64,000 nt of DNA from Microgenomates group bacterium (GTDB lineage Bacteria > Patescibacteriota > Microgenomatia > PFEM01 > JBNASD01): contig JBNASD010000003.1 of NCBI GenBank assembly GCA_049720225.1, forward strand, positions 143 to 64,142, written 5' to 3'. This document shows, piece after piece, positions 27,639-38,040 of this stretch (position 1 is its first letter; each line of letters starts with the position of its first letter). The position numbers and the translations under genes are program-made. The notes beneath the pieces were generated by a model. The model did not search any database. It saw nothing but the letters and a program-made list of their open reading frames with translations, and was not told the DNA's origin.

Positions 27639-28265
27639 TTAATATGTTGTAATTTGGTCTTTAATTTTTTCAAAGACACTTTGAGGAATTTTTGCTTTCG
27701 TTACTAACTCTTCAATATTCTGATAAGGACGATTAGCAATAATTGCCTTTGCCCGCGAAGGTCCTATTCCCCATAAAGACTCAAGTTGGAACTGAGAGGC
27801 GGTATTGATATTAATCTTTCCGCTAACTTGGGAAGAAACTCCTGCTACTCCCCCACTTTCCTGACTAATACTTATTCCCGGCCCACCAAATTTTCTCACT
27901 TCATCCTGGGTTGGAATATATATTTTTATACCATCTGTTAGTTTTTGTGCTAAATTGATATTTTTACTTACCCAATCGCGGTCGGCCGAGGCGGATAACC
28001 CACCTGCGCGAATAAGCAAATCATTAATTCGTGAATTTGTTGGCAATTCATAAACCCCTGGCTTCTCAACTGCTCCTTGTAAATCAACAAAAATAGTATT
28101 TTTAGATGAATTTTCTTCAGAAGAAATAATTTCTATCTTTGGTGTTTCTTGAGTTTGGATTTTTAAAAAAAGAAAACCTAAACCTAAAAAAATTACTCCC
28201 CAAAAAAGAATTATTAAAGGAATCTTAAACTTTATCAACTTCTCTTCCTCAATTTCCCAATTCAT
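27639..28265 (-). CDS. comEA: ComEA DNA uptake protein
   Basis: TM; VDLQGAVEKPGVYEL (SLBB); KININTAS...LWGIGPSRA (HhH). Confidence 0.92.
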   Translation of the reverse strand: MNWEIEEEKLIKFKIPLIILFWGVIFLGLGFLFLKIQTQETPKIEIISSEENSSKNTIFVDLQGAVEKPGVYELPTNSRINDLLIRAGGLSASADRDWVSKNINLAQKLTDGIKIYIPTQDEVRKFGGPGISISQESGGVAGVSSQVSGKININTASQFQLESLWGIGPSRAKAIIANRPYQNIEELVTKAKIPQSVFEKIKDQITTY

Positions 28266-28323
28266 TAAAGTTATTTTAGCACAAATTTATGTTTGGAAAG
28301 AAAAAAAGAAGGGGGGAATAAAC

Positions 28324-28524
28324 TCACCAACATCCCGAGATGAACTCTATCAACAGCTTCAAACAGCAAAAGAAAATAAATGAAAGGGGAACTGAAATTA
28401 GCATCAGCACGACGAAAAACTGTGCGTGAGACCAGTAATCCCCTCCCATCTTTTCGATCAGTCTTTGTGTGCATAAATATGCACACAACACTGCCCCAAG
28501 AGAAATCAGAGTTGTCAACTCCAT
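28324..28524 (-). CDS. Small two-TM membrane protein (probable start MELTTLISLG)
   Basis: Purine-rich GGAGGAAGAGGAG before ATG at 28524; two hydrophobic segments. Confidence 0.45.
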   Translation of the reverse strand: MELTTLISLGAVLCAYLCTQRLIEKMGGDYWSHAQFFVVLMLISVPLSFIFFCCLKLLIEFISGCW

Positions 28525-28615
28525 CTCCTCTTCCTCCTTTCTTCCCCCCTTCTTTTTTCTCAAAGAGCTAAAAGGATTCTAAGAGACGCAAAAAAATCTC
28601 TCAAATCCCGTTGTA

Positions 28616-29392
28616 TTATACTGGCATACAAACTACAACCGCATCATCGGTTTTAATTAAAGCCAAAGGTGGTCCAGAAGCTCCATCTGTAAAAATAAAA
28701 ACATAACTGCCTTTAGAAACCTTTCTAATAGCTAATTTCGGTGATTTAAACAATTCTCCCGGAGACGGTAATTGATCTTCCGGTAAAAATGTAGAATAAT
28801 TAGAAAGACTAGATAAAACAACGGTCTGTTGAATTCCGTCTTGTGGTTGATCTACCATTCCCTCAGTAGAAGTCACTTTATCCCATGAACCATCTTCTTT
28901 TATTATTACTACCGATGTGTTTCCTACATATAAAATATAAACATTATCGTCAACCATCGTCACAAACGTAAAAGTAGCCTCAGTTATTGAACCTAATTTT
29001 TTTAATCCTAAACCTTCTACATTCTGTTCTTTTTCCCAAACAGTCTTAAAAGCTAATTTTATTGCTTGATCGGGTAGAAATTTTTCTAAAAAGTAGAAAT
29101 AATAATTGAGAAATTCATTGGCAAAAACTTTAGTATTTAAAATATTTCCTTCTCTTTCTCTTCTAGAAGCAGTATCCATTACAATAACCGCTCCCCTTTC
29201 ATCAACCAAAAAATAATCCTCACCCACCCAATTGTAATCATCCTTATCGGGAGTACTATTATAAGTATAACACCCAACTTTTATTTCTCTTTTTTTGCCA
29301 ACTTTATAACTAATTACTCTATCGAAACCTAAACTCTTAAATTCAGGAGGAATTTGACTATTTCGACGAAAAGGTTCTCTTAATAATTCCAT
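28616..29392 (-). CDS. PP2C-like phosphatase-fold protein
   Basis: GED, VMD, ATFTFV, YVGNTSV, FTDG, DDAVVV match the PPM motif order. Confidence 0.6.
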   Translation of the reverse strand: MELLREPFRRNSQIPPEFKSLGFDRVISYKVGKKREIKVGCYTYNSTPDKDDYNWVGEDYFLVDERGAVIVMDTASRREREGNILNTKVFANEFLNYYFYFLEKFLPDQAIKLAFKTVWEKEQNVEGLGLKKLGSITEATFTFVTMVDDNVYILYVGNTSVVIIKEDGSWDKVTSTEGMVDQPQDGIQQTVVLSSLSNYSTFLPEDQLPSPGELFKSPKLAIRKVSKGSYVFIFTDGASGPPLALIKTDDAVVVCMPV

Positions 29393-29413
29393 TATTGTTT
29401 TAGTTTATTAAAA

Positions 29414-31960
29414 TTAGCTAACCACAAAATTAATCAATTTCCCGGGAATAAAAATTACTTTACGAATTTCCTTACCTACAAAGTATTTTACCACGCCCGG
29501 TTCATTTTTGGCTAATTTTTCTACTTCACTTTGAATTTTTGCTTTTTCGCTTTCAATTTTAATCTGTCCGCGAACTTTTCCGTTAACTTGAATAACCACC
29601 ACCACCTCTTTTTCTACTATCAAATAAGGATCATATTTTGGCCAAGGTTGTTGATGAATTGAAAATTCATTTCTTAAAATCTCTACCCAAATTTCCTCAG
29701 TTAAATAAGGGGCAAAGGGTGATAAAAGTTTTAAAAACTCACCTGCTTCTTTTTTACTCAATACCATTTTTGGTTTTTGCCAAAGATTTAAAAATTCCAT
29801 TAAGGCAGAAATAGCGGTATTATGAGCTAAACGATTGATATCTTCGGTTACCTTTTTAATTGTTTGGTGAAAGGGAGTCACTAACTCTTCACTTGTTTTA
29901 TCAGCAATTTTTTCTGTCTGCTGATAAATTCGCCAAATGCGGTTTAAAAATCGCCACACTCCCTCCAATCCTTGATAGCTCCACGGCATAGTCGCATCAT
30001 AAGGACCCATAAAACATAAATAAGTCCGTAAAGTATCGGCACCAAATTTTTCCACCACTTCATCAGGATTAACAACATTTCCCCGCGATTTACTCATTTT
30101 TTCTCCATCCTCCCCTAAAATTACTCCATGCTGACGGCGAGCTTGGTAAGGTTCTGGATAAGGAACAACACCAATATCGTATAAAAATTTATGCCAAAAA
30201 CGAGAATATAAAAGGTGTAAGGTGGTGTGCTCCCCTCCTCCTAAATAAATATCTACCGGTAACCAATATTTTAATTTTTCAAAATCAGCCGGCACTTGAT
30301 TATTTTTTGGGTCGCAATAACGCCAATAATACCAAGAAGAACCTGCCCAGTTAGGCATAGTATCGGTTTCCCGCCGCGCTGGTCCACCACAATGAGGACA
30401 GGTAGTATTTACCCAATTTTTAATATTGGCTAAAGGTGACTCCCCTGTTTCCGTTGGCTGATATTTTTCTACCGGAGGCAATTCTAGTGGTAATTCATCT
30501 TCCGGAAGAGGAAACCAACCAGCCATATTTTCAATTTTAAATTTTAAATTTAAAATTTTAAATTTTTTTCCTTCTGGAGTATCCCACCAGCTAATCCCCT
30601 TTTGGGCACATTTTTCGCAATAAACCATCGGGATTGGCTCACCCCAATAATGCTGACGGGAAAAAATCCAATCACGCAAATGATAATTAACCGCCCGTCT
30701 TCCCCACTTTTTCTCTTCTAAATAATCAATAATTTTTTTAATTGCTTCCCGCGCTGGCAATCCGTTCAAAAAATCAGAATTAAAAACCACTCCATTATCA
30801 ATTTCCTCAAAAGCCCCTCGGCTAAAATCCCACTCTCCTTTTTGCGGTTTAATCACCGGAATAATTTCCAAACCATATTTTTTGGCAAAATCAAAATCCC
30901 GTTGGTCATGAGCCGGTACCCCCACTACCATTCCTGTTCCGGCGGTTAGCACGACAAAATCCGCTACCCAAATTGGCAATTTTTTTCCTGTCAGTCGATT
31001 AATTGCATACCAACCGGTAAACACTCCTGTTTTTCCTTTCTCTAGGGCAGTCCGCTCTAATTCTGATTTCTTTTTAGATATTTTGATATATTCTTCTATC
31101 TGAGAACGATTTTCGGGGGTAATTAATTTTTCTAAAAAGGGATGTTCTGGAGCAATAACGATAAAAGTGGCCCCAAAATTAGTATCTGGCCGGGTAGTAT
31201 AACAAGAAACCATCAATTTTTCAGGATGGGGATTGCCTTTTTCGTCTACCACCGGATAATCAATAATAATTCCCTCACTCCGACCAATCCAATTAATTTG
31301 CGATTCTTTAACATAATCGGGGTAATCAACCAATTTTAAATCTTCAATTAATCGATCCGCATAGGCGGTAATTCGTAACAACCATTGAGATTGCATTCGC
31401 CGTTCTGCGTCGGTTCCGCACCGCTCACATTTTCCGGCGACAATTTCTTCATTGGCCAAAATAATTTTACAGCGGGGACACCAACCCACCGGCATTTGCG
31501 CTTTATAAGCCAAACCATGCTTAAAAAATTGAATAAATATCCATTGAGTCCAGCGATAATAATTAGGGTCGGTGGTATTAATTTCTCGCTCCCAGTTATA
31601 AGCAAAACCTAAACGCTTCATTTGGGATCGAAAACGATCGGTATTTTGTTTAGTAGCTACCGTTGGGTGAATTCCAGTTTTAATCGCGTAATTTTCGGTT
31701 GGTAACCCAAAAGCATCCCAACCCATCGGATACAAAACATTTTTTCCCTCCATTCTTTTTTGACGAGCCAAAACATCCATTATCGTCATTGTGAAAGCAT
31801 GACCAATATGAAGACCGCTTCCGGAAGGATAGGGAAACTCTACCAACGCGTAAAATTTTTTATCACGGGGAGCTTTTTCCTCAACTTCCCAAAAAAGTTT
31901 TTTTTCTTCCCAAATTTTTTGCCATTTTGGTTCAATTTCTGAAGGGTGATATGGCTTCAT
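29414..31960 (-). CDS. leuS: Leucine--tRNA ligase
   Basis: FPYPSGSGLHIGH, TTRPDT, SRQHYWG, RETDTM, KMSKSRGN, QVNGKVR. Confidence 0.97.
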   Translation of the reverse strand: MKPYHPSEIEPKWQKIWEEKKLFWEVEEKAPRDKKFYALVEFPYPSGSGLHIGHAFTMTIMDVLARQKRMEGKNVLYPMGWDAFGLPTENYAIKTGIHPTVATKQNTDRFRSQMKRLGFAYNWEREINTTDPNYYRWTQWIFIQFFKHGLAYKAQMPVGWCPRCKIILANEEIVAGKCERCGTDAERRMQSQWLLRITAYADRLIEDLKLVDYPDYVKESQINWIGRSEGIIIDYPVVDEKGNPHPEKLMVSCYTTRPDTNFGATFIVIAPEHPFLEKLITPENRSQIEEYIKISKKKSELERTALEKGKTGVFTGWYAINRLTGKKLPIWVADFVVLTAGTGMVVGVPAHDQRDFDFAKKYGLEIIPVIKPQKGEWDFSRGAFEEIDNGVVFNSDFLNGLPAREAIKKIIDYLEEKKWGRRAVNYHLRDWIFSRQHYWGEPIPMVYCEKCAQKGISWWDTPEGKKFKILNLKFKIENMAGWFPLPEDELPLELPPVEKYQPTETGESPLANIKNWVNTTCPHCGGPARRETDTMPNWAGSSWYYWRYCDPKNNQVPADFEKLKYWLPVDIYLGGGEHTTLHLLYSRFWHKFLYDIGVVPYPEPYQARRQHGVILGEDGEKMSKSRGNVVNPDEVVEKFGADTLRTYLCFMGPYDATMPWSYQGLEGVWRFLNRIWRIYQQTEKIADKTSEELVTPFHQTIKKVTEDINRLAHNTAISALMEFLNLWQKPKMVLSKKEAGEFLKLLSPFAPYLTEEIWVEILRNEFSIHQQPWPKYDPYLIVEKEVVVVIQVNGKVRGQIKIESEKAKIQSEVEKLAKNEPGVVKYFVGKEIRKVIFIPGKLINFVVS

Positions 31961-32024
31961 TTTCTCAAATTATAGCAAATTTATTTAATTTGACAAATTC
32001 TATTAATTAGACTAATTTTTAATT

Positions 32025-32771
32025 ATGGGAAAGTTTCTTCTCCACTCTCTTTTTTTATTCGTGGCGGTGTTTTTAGCTTTCTTTTGGACTAGCTCTCCTA
32101 CTTTATCTTTATACACTCTTCAACTTATTGGTCTTTTTGTTTTTCTTTTTTTTCTTAATCAATTTCTTCGTCGACAACCAAAAACCAAAACCAAAATTAA
32201 CCAACGAGCCTTATTAGCAGTAGACGGAATAATCCTTACCTTAGTAATAATGCTTTTGGTCTATTCTACCGGTGGTTTAACTTCTCCCCTGTTTTTTTTA
32301 GTTTATTTTTTAATGTTTGGCTTAGCCTTGCTTTTTGAACCATTAATTACTCTTTCTTTGGCGGGAGTAATGGTTTTGCTTTTTTTACTCACCCCCACCA
32401 AACAAGAACCCCTAAACGAATTTCTTCAACTTTTTTCTCTCCTTTTAATTACTCCATTGGCTTTATTTTTTGGCAATCAATATCTCAAACTTTTAGAAAG
32501 TGAGGAAAAAATAAAAATTTTAAAAGAAGAAAATCAAATTACCGAGGAGCAAATCGCCAAAACCGAAACCAATACTCTTTTGTGGACCACTTTGAATTTC
32601 AAAGAAGCCCTTACAGTAATTTTAGATGAGATAAGCAATTTGTTAGCGGATGTAAGTCATCTTACTGTTCGCCAAAAAGAATCGTTAGAAAAAATCCGCC
32701 GAAAGGCATTAGAACTTTTAAAAAGCGGAGAAAAGCTTAAAGAAGAGGTCGACAAAACTACCGACGAATGA
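32025..32771 (+). CDS. Polytopic membrane protein with C-terminal coiled coil
   Basis: Several TMs including TGGLTSPLFFL; charged helical tail; TTGACA-17-TAATTT upstream. Confidence 0.7.
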   Translation: MGKFLLHSLFLFVAVFLAFFWTSSPTLSLYTLQLIGLFVFLFFLNQFLRRQPKTKTKINQRALLAVDGIILTLVIMLLVYSTGGLTSPLFFLVYFLMFGLALLFEPLITLSLAGVMVLLFLLTPTKQEPLNEFLQLFSLLLITPLALFFGNQYLKLLESEEKIKILKEENQITEEQIAKTETNTLLWTTLNFKEALTVILDEISNLLADVSHLTVRQKESLEKIRRKALELLKSGEKLKEEVDKTTDE

Positions 32772-33508
32772 AATATAAAAAATACCATATAAAATATTTT
32801 TCCTTCTTCATTTTTGCTATTTGCTATTTACTATTTACTATTCCCATCGGGGCCCAATCAAAAATTCGCTCAGATAATTACGAAATTACCTGGCCTAATG
32901 TTAATATGGGTGGAGGAACTCCAGGGTCAACTAACTATCAATTAGGGGTAACCACCGGTCAGACGGCTCCCGGTCTTTATTCTTCCACCGGTTATAAAGT
33001 CCGCGCGGGGTTCCAATATATTCATTCAATTATTCCCTTTTCTTTTTCTATCTCCGATATTTCTGTTGATTTTGGCACTCTCTCTCCCCAAACGCCAATT
33101 ACCCAACAAGCGACTTTAAAAGTTTCTGTAGGAGGTGCAGGTGGTTATGTAGTTAAAGTTTCTGAAAACCATCCTCTCACCTCCACGGCCGGCTCTACTA
33201 TTCCCGATACAAATTGTGACAATGGTAATTGTAGCGAAAGTCAAGCCCAAGTTTGGGCGCAAAATACTACTTATGGTTTTGGTTTTAATATGAGCGGAAC
33301 GGATATTCCTTCTGATTTTATTAATTCTTCGTATTTTCGCCAATTTGCTGACCGCTCTTTAGGAGAATCTCCTCAAACGATTATGAGCGGACCAAATGTT
33401 GGTCGAAATAAACAGGCAACTATTACTTATAAAGTCAATATTTCCCCGCTTCAATCGGCAGGAGTTTATCAAAATATTTTAACTTTTTTAGCGATACCGA
33501 CATACTAA
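32768..33508 (+). CDS. Secreted WxL/pilin-like beta protein
   Basis: Signal peptide; SVDFGTL...GYVV...TYKVNISPLQSAGVYQNILTFLAIPTY. Confidence 0.6.
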   Translation: MKYKKYHIKYFSFFIFAICYLLFTIPIGAQSKIRSDNYEITWPNVNMGGGTPGSTNYQLGVTTGQTAPGLYSSTGYKVRAGFQYIHSIIPFSFSISDISVDFGTLSPQTPITQQATLKVSVGGAGGYVVKVSENHPLTSTAGSTIPDTNCDNGNCSESQAQVWAQNTTYGFGFNMSGTDIPSDFINSSYFRQFADRSLGESPQTIMSGPNVGRNKQATITYKVNISPLQSAGVYQNILTFLAIPTY

Positions 33509-34570
33509 ATGAAATTTAAAATTTTAAATAGCAAATTTAAGATTTACATTTTAAATTTAAAATTTTTACTAATAACTGGTTGCTTTTTGTTTCTAATTAT
33601 TATTCCGGCAAAAGCACAGGAACTTTCTTTGGGAATTTGGCCGCCCCTACTTGAGGTAATGATTCAACCGGGAAAAGGAATTACTCAGGTTTATAAAGTA
33701 ATTAACCAAAGCGAAACTGATTTGGTATTAACCAGCAAAATCGTTCCTTTTACCCCAGAAGACGAATTAGGAACGCCGAAATTAAATTTAGAAAAGCAAG
33801 TGGATTATTTAGATTGGTTTTCATTTCAAAATGCGGATTTAAAACTGGGAGAAAAATTTTTATTGCCAAAAGGAAAAGAACAACAATTAGTTTTAAAAAT
33901 TAAAATTCCTCCTCACGCCCCAGAAGGAGACTATTACCTTACTTTACTTTTAGAAACTGTCCAAATTCCGGGAATGTATCTTCCTTCTCAAAGTGGCGGC
34001 CAAATTGAGGCAAAAATTGGGGGAAATATTCTTTTGACCGTTTCCCAAACCGGTAAACCGAAAATCCAAGCAAAAATTGAAGAGTTCAAACTTAAAAATT
34101 TTCAATTTTCTGTTTTCGGCTTAAGATTTATCGATTCTTTCAATCAACCACAATTTTTAATCCGAGTTCGCAATACCGGTCAAGCCTTTTTTAAACCCCA
34201 AGGAACAATTACGGTTAATGGTTGGTTTGGTCAAAAATGGGAATTAACTTTACTTCCGGAAAATGTTTTAGTAAATTCCACTCGCCAAATTAACTGCCAA
34301 GGATTGCCTTTAAAATTAGAAGAAACAACAAAGAATGAACCTCAAAGTTATTCCCCTACCCCTTGTCAACTTTCAAATAATTTTCTTTTAGGAAAATATA
34401 CCGCTAAGTTAGAATTTAATCTTGAAGGAGAAAAAGAAAAATATCAGGCTCTTTTAATTTTTTGGGCCATCCCAATAAAACTGATTATTGGCATTGGTAT
34501 TGTTTTCTTTTTTTTGATAATATTTTTTCAAAGGGTTTTCCCTAGGTGTCAATATAAATCCACTCCTTAG
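33509..34570 (+). CDS. DUF916/DUF3324-like membrane-anchored protein
   Basis: Signal; IKIPPHAPEGDYY; RNTGQAFFKPQG; GKYTAKL; C-terminal TM. Confidence 0.6.
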   Translation: MKFKILNSKFKIYILNLKFLLITGCFLFLIIIPAKAQELSLGIWPPLLEVMIQPGKGITQVYKVINQSETDLVLTSKIVPFTPEDELGTPKLNLEKQVDYLDWFSFQNADLKLGEKFLLPKGKEQQLVLKIKIPPHAPEGDYYLTLLLETVQIPGMYLPSQSGGQIEAKIGGNILLTVSQTGKPKIQAKIEEFKLKNFQFSVFGLRFIDSFNQPQFLIRVRNTGQAFFKPQGTITVNGWFGQKWELTLLPENVLVNSTRQINCQGLPLKLEETTKNEPQSYSPTPCQLSNNFLLGKYTAKLEFNLEGEKEKYQALLIFWAIPIKLIIGIGIVFFFLIIFFQRVFPRCQYKSTP

Positions 34571-34576
34571 GTGGGA
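34540..34576 (+). repeat. REP-like element, long form (copy 3)
   Basis: 41/42 nt identical to 21970..22011; provides the TAG stop of 33509..34570. Confidence 0.85.
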
Positions 34577-34651
34577 AAAATTACCATCTTGACAAATTAA
34601 AAAAAACGTTTCAAGATAATAAATTAAGAAAATGTCATTTTAAATTTAAGA

Positions 34652-36088
34652 ATGAAGAAAAGAATTTTAATTACTTTTATTATTCTTCTTATTCTTGGAG
34701 TATTAAGTTTATTGTTTAAACCCCAAAAGCCCCAAGCTGCTTCTTTAACCAACGTCTCCGCTACCCTCTCTAATTCTCGGTTGTCTTTTTATGGAGTTTT
34801 AAATGGAGCGGTTTCGGCGGGAGCAACAGCGATTAAAATTAAAACCTCAGGAAACTATGCTGATAAAAACACCAACCATCTTTTTCCCAATGATACGGTT
34901 TCGGTAGGACCAAATGGAGGAAAAACAGTGGCTTCGATTATTGATGATGATGATTTTGTTCTCACTTCAGGATTAACGGTAGGGGCTAGCGATGGAGATC
35001 CTGTTTACGCTACTCAATCATCGCAAATGACTGTTTCTTTTACTTTAAACAGTAATATTCCTGCTAATGGTTATGTTTTACTCATTATTCCTGATCCCCC
35101 TAGCAATGGTAATGATGGAGCTCCCGATACCGCTTCTTCTACCACCGATAATGGTTTTGATTTGAATGGAATAACAGCAGCTAATATTTCTACCAGTGGT
35201 GGTACGGGTTGTACTTGGTCAACAGAAACAGTTACCCCCGGAACAGGTAATGGCCATCGCTATAAAGTAAAAACCACCAGTGAATGCACTGGAGGAACAA
35301 TTACTATTACTGTTGGTGATGGCACTGTTAATTTAGTTAATCCTGCACCAGTTTATTCTGGTCATACCCAAGGAACCGCTGATGTTTACACTGTTTCTGT
35401 TTATACCTATGCTGGTGATCCTGATGGTGGTGGGGCTTTAATTGATAGCGGTTATGCCAGGGTAGCTCCAGTTGAAGCAGTTTTAGTCTCAGCCACTGTT
35501 GAGGAAACTTTAACCTTTATTGTTAGTGGTGTCTCTGTCGGTACGACTGCTTGTGGTCAAGTAATGGACGTTACCACTTATCCTTATGCGGTTCCCTGGG
35601 GAACTTTATCTCAAGCGAATACTTTTAAAGAGGCGGCGCAAAAACTAGAAGTTTCCACTAATGCCAATAATGGTTATACCGTAGTTATCGAAGAAAACGA
35701 CCAAATGGGCTTAAACGGCAAAACTTGTACCGGGGCGAACGCCGGAGAAGCTGATGATTGTATTAAAGATACCACTTGTGATAACGGTAGTTGCACTGAA
35801 GCAACTTCGGCAGAATGGAACACGGCTACTAATAACGGTTTGGGTTATTCTTTAGCTAATATTTCGGGAACCGATGCTGTTTTTACTTATAATGAATCTG
35901 GACGAACTTTTTCAGCAAAACAAATCGCCGATCGCGAAGCCAATGAAACGCGCCGAACAATTATGAGCAATAGTGGACCGGTTAATTCCAAACAAATTTA
36001 TGTCTGTTATCGAATTTCTATTTCCGGAACTCAACCAGCAGGTTATTATTACAATAAGGTTAAATATACCGCCACACCTGTATTCTAA
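34652..36088 (+). CDS. Secreted Thr/Gly-rich WxL/pilin-like protein, paralog of 32768..33508
   Basis: Shared C-terminal domain (DTTCDNGSCTE vs DTNCDNGNCSE; YRISISGTQPAGYY..ATPVF). Confidence 0.65.
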   Translation: MKKRILITFIILLILGVLSLLFKPQKPQAASLTNVSATLSNSRLSFYGVLNGAVSAGATAIKIKTSGNYADKNTNHLFPNDTVSVGPNGGKTVASIIDDDDFVLTSGLTVGASDGDPVYATQSSQMTVSFTLNSNIPANGYVLLIIPDPPSNGNDGAPDTASSTTDNGFDLNGITAANISTSGGTGCTWSTETVTPGTGNGHRYKVKTTSECTGGTITITVGDGTVNLVNPAPVYSGHTQGTADVYTVSVYTYAGDPDGGGALIDSGYARVAPVEAVLVSATVEETLTFIVSGVSVGTTACGQVMDVTTYPYAVPWGTLSQANTFKEAAQKLEVSTNANNGYTVVIEENDQMGLNGKTCTGANAGEADDCIKDTTCDNGSCTEATSAEWNTATNNGLGYSLANISGTDAVFTYNESGRTFSAKQIADREANETRRTIMSNSGPVNSKQIYVCYRISISGTQPAGYYYNKVKYTATPVF

Positions 36089-37107
36089 TGAAAGATAAAA
36101 TATTAAATAGCAAATATAAAAAATACTTTTCTTTATTAATATTTTCTATTTTCTATTTGCTATTTGCTATCCGAGCCGCAAACGCCCAAAATACTACCCA
36201 CTTAATTGTCGCTCCTTCCCGCCAAGAAATTCTGGTTGAACCAGGAGAAACTACTGCAATAAATATTAAATTTCTTAATCAGACGGATGCTCCCATTCCC
36301 GGAACAGTGGGAGCAGTTGATTTTATTGTCGAAGATAAAGAAGGAACACCTACTTTTATTGAAGGAACACCAGTAATTACCGGTTTAACTCAGATTTCTT
36401 CTCGTTTTTCCGCCGCTTCTTGGTTTGAACTTCCTTATGACCGCGCCACTATTCCCGCCAACGGCAAGGTTTTAATTCAAGCAAAAATTCGTGTGCCGGT
36501 AGATGCTCGCCCAGGTGGAAGATATGTCGCTATTTATTTCGAACCGAGTACTACCCCCTCTCCCCCCTCCGGATTGGCAAAAGAAGGAACAACGCCAGTA
36601 GCCTCCCGAATTGTTGGTTTAGTTTATCTGCGTGTCGCCGGACCAATTAAAGAAGACGCTTACGTTGTCCGTTTTGGTGGACCCAATTTCTCCCAATATG
36701 GACCAATTACCATTCTTACGGAAATTCTTAACCGCGGCGATTACCACATCACTCCTAAGGGAGTAATTAAAATTTACAATATGTTTAATCAAGAAATAGA
36801 TCGGCAAAAACTGGAAGAAAAAAATATCTTTCCCGATGCTTCAAGAGTCTATGAAAATAAGGTTGGCCAAAAATGGATGTTTGGTAAGTATAAAGCAGAA
36901 TTAAGTGCTTCTTATGGAGAAACAGGAAAAGCTTTAACCGCTACCACTTATTTCTGGGTAATTCCTTACAAAGAAATTATTGCTGGCGTTTTAGCAATTG
37001 CAATTATAATTCTTCTGGCAATTATCCTTTACCGCCGATTAATAAAACGCCAGTTGGAACTTCAGGAAAGGGTAAAGGAATTGGAAAAGAAGCTTAAGGA
37101 AAAGTAA
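36088..37107 (+). CDS. DUF916/DUF3324-like membrane-anchored protein, paralog of 33509..34570
   Basis: IRVPVDARPGGRY; NRGDYHITPKG; GKYKAEL; C-terminal TM. Confidence 0.62.
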   Translation: MKDKILNSKYKKYFSLLIFSIFYLLFAIRAANAQNTTHLIVAPSRQEILVEPGETTAINIKFLNQTDAPIPGTVGAVDFIVEDKEGTPTFIEGTPVITGLTQISSRFSAASWFELPYDRATIPANGKVLIQAKIRVPVDARPGGRYVAIYFEPSTTPSPPSGLAKEGTTPVASRIVGLVYLRVAGPIKEDAYVVRFGGPNFSQYGPITILTEILNRGDYHITPKGVIKIYNMFNQEIDRQKLEEKNIFPDASRVYENKVGQKWMFGKYKAELSASYGETGKALTATTYFWVIPYKEIIAGVLAIAIIILLAIILYRRLIKRQLELQERVKELEKKLKEK

Positions 37108-37167
37108 TTCCTCAATTTTCAATTTTCAATTTACAATTTTTAATTTTCAACTTAAAATAAATTTATA

Positions 37168-38040
37168 ATGATAATTATTTTAATCTTAATTTTTTGGTGG
37201 TCGTTTTCCTCTCCTACCTTTGCTTTTTCCCCACAAAACTGGGAAATTACCGTTTCCGCTACCATTGGAGAACCCAAATTAACCGTTTATGGTTATACTT
37301 CACCCCAAGCATTAGTTGAACTAAAAGGAAACCGAATTTCTGAATTAACCATCGCCGACGCTACTGGTTATTTTCAATTTAATAAAGTTTTCTTACCTCC
37401 TCCTAAACCTCACTATCCCGAAATTTGTTTAACGGTAGTCGATCGCCAAAGTCGAGTTTCTTCCTTTCCTACTTGTCTTCCCCTTCTTCCCCCAAAATTA
37501 GCAGAAATTCGCGTTGGTCCAGTCTTGCTTCCTCCGACTTTAACTTTAGAAAAAGGAGAATTTTTACCTGGTGAACAAGTAAAAGCAGTGGGGGCAACCT
37601 TTCCCAATTCTTTAGTCACCATCTTTTTAGCCAATAGTCAAAATCAAAATTTTTCTATTTCCGAAAAAATTATTCCTTCTGCTTATGCTTTCTTTTTACC
37701 AAAATACGAAATTAAAAGTGACGAAAATGGCAACTTTGAATTTAATTTGCCCGCCGACAAACCAAACTATTGGCAAGCATTTGCCACTGCCGAATTTCAA
37801 GGTTTTGCCTCGCCTAAAAGTAATTCTTTAAGCTTTAAAATTTTAGGTTGGCAAGAGTGGTTTTGGTTAAAAATAAAAATTTTTTTCTTAACTATTTTAA
37901 ATTTTTTAAGGCCTTATTGGTGGTGGGTAATTATTATTGGAGAAATCATTCTTCTTTTTCTTCTTTTCCGTCAAAAAAAGAAATCTTCTTGGCTAATGAC
38001 TTCCCCACCCCGTCAGATAATTAAAAAAGAAAAAAATTAA
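37168..38040 (+). CDS. Secreted Ig-like protein with C-terminal TM
   Basis: Two GYTSP/GATFP...ADATGYF/SDENGNF Ig-like repeats. Confidence 0.6.
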   Translation: MIIILILIFWWSFSSPTFAFSPQNWEITVSATIGEPKLTVYGYTSPQALVELKGNRISELTIADATGYFQFNKVFLPPPKPHYPEICLTVVDRQSRVSSFPTCLPLLPPKLAEIRVGPVLLPPTLTLEKGEFLPGEQVKAVGATFPNSLVTIFLANSQNQNFSISEKIIPSAYAFFLPKYEIKSDENGNFEFNLPADKPNYWQAFATAEFQGFASPKSNSLSFKILGWQEWFWLKIKIFFLTILNFLRPYWWWVIIIGEIILLFLLFRQKKKSSWLMTSPPRQIIKKEKN

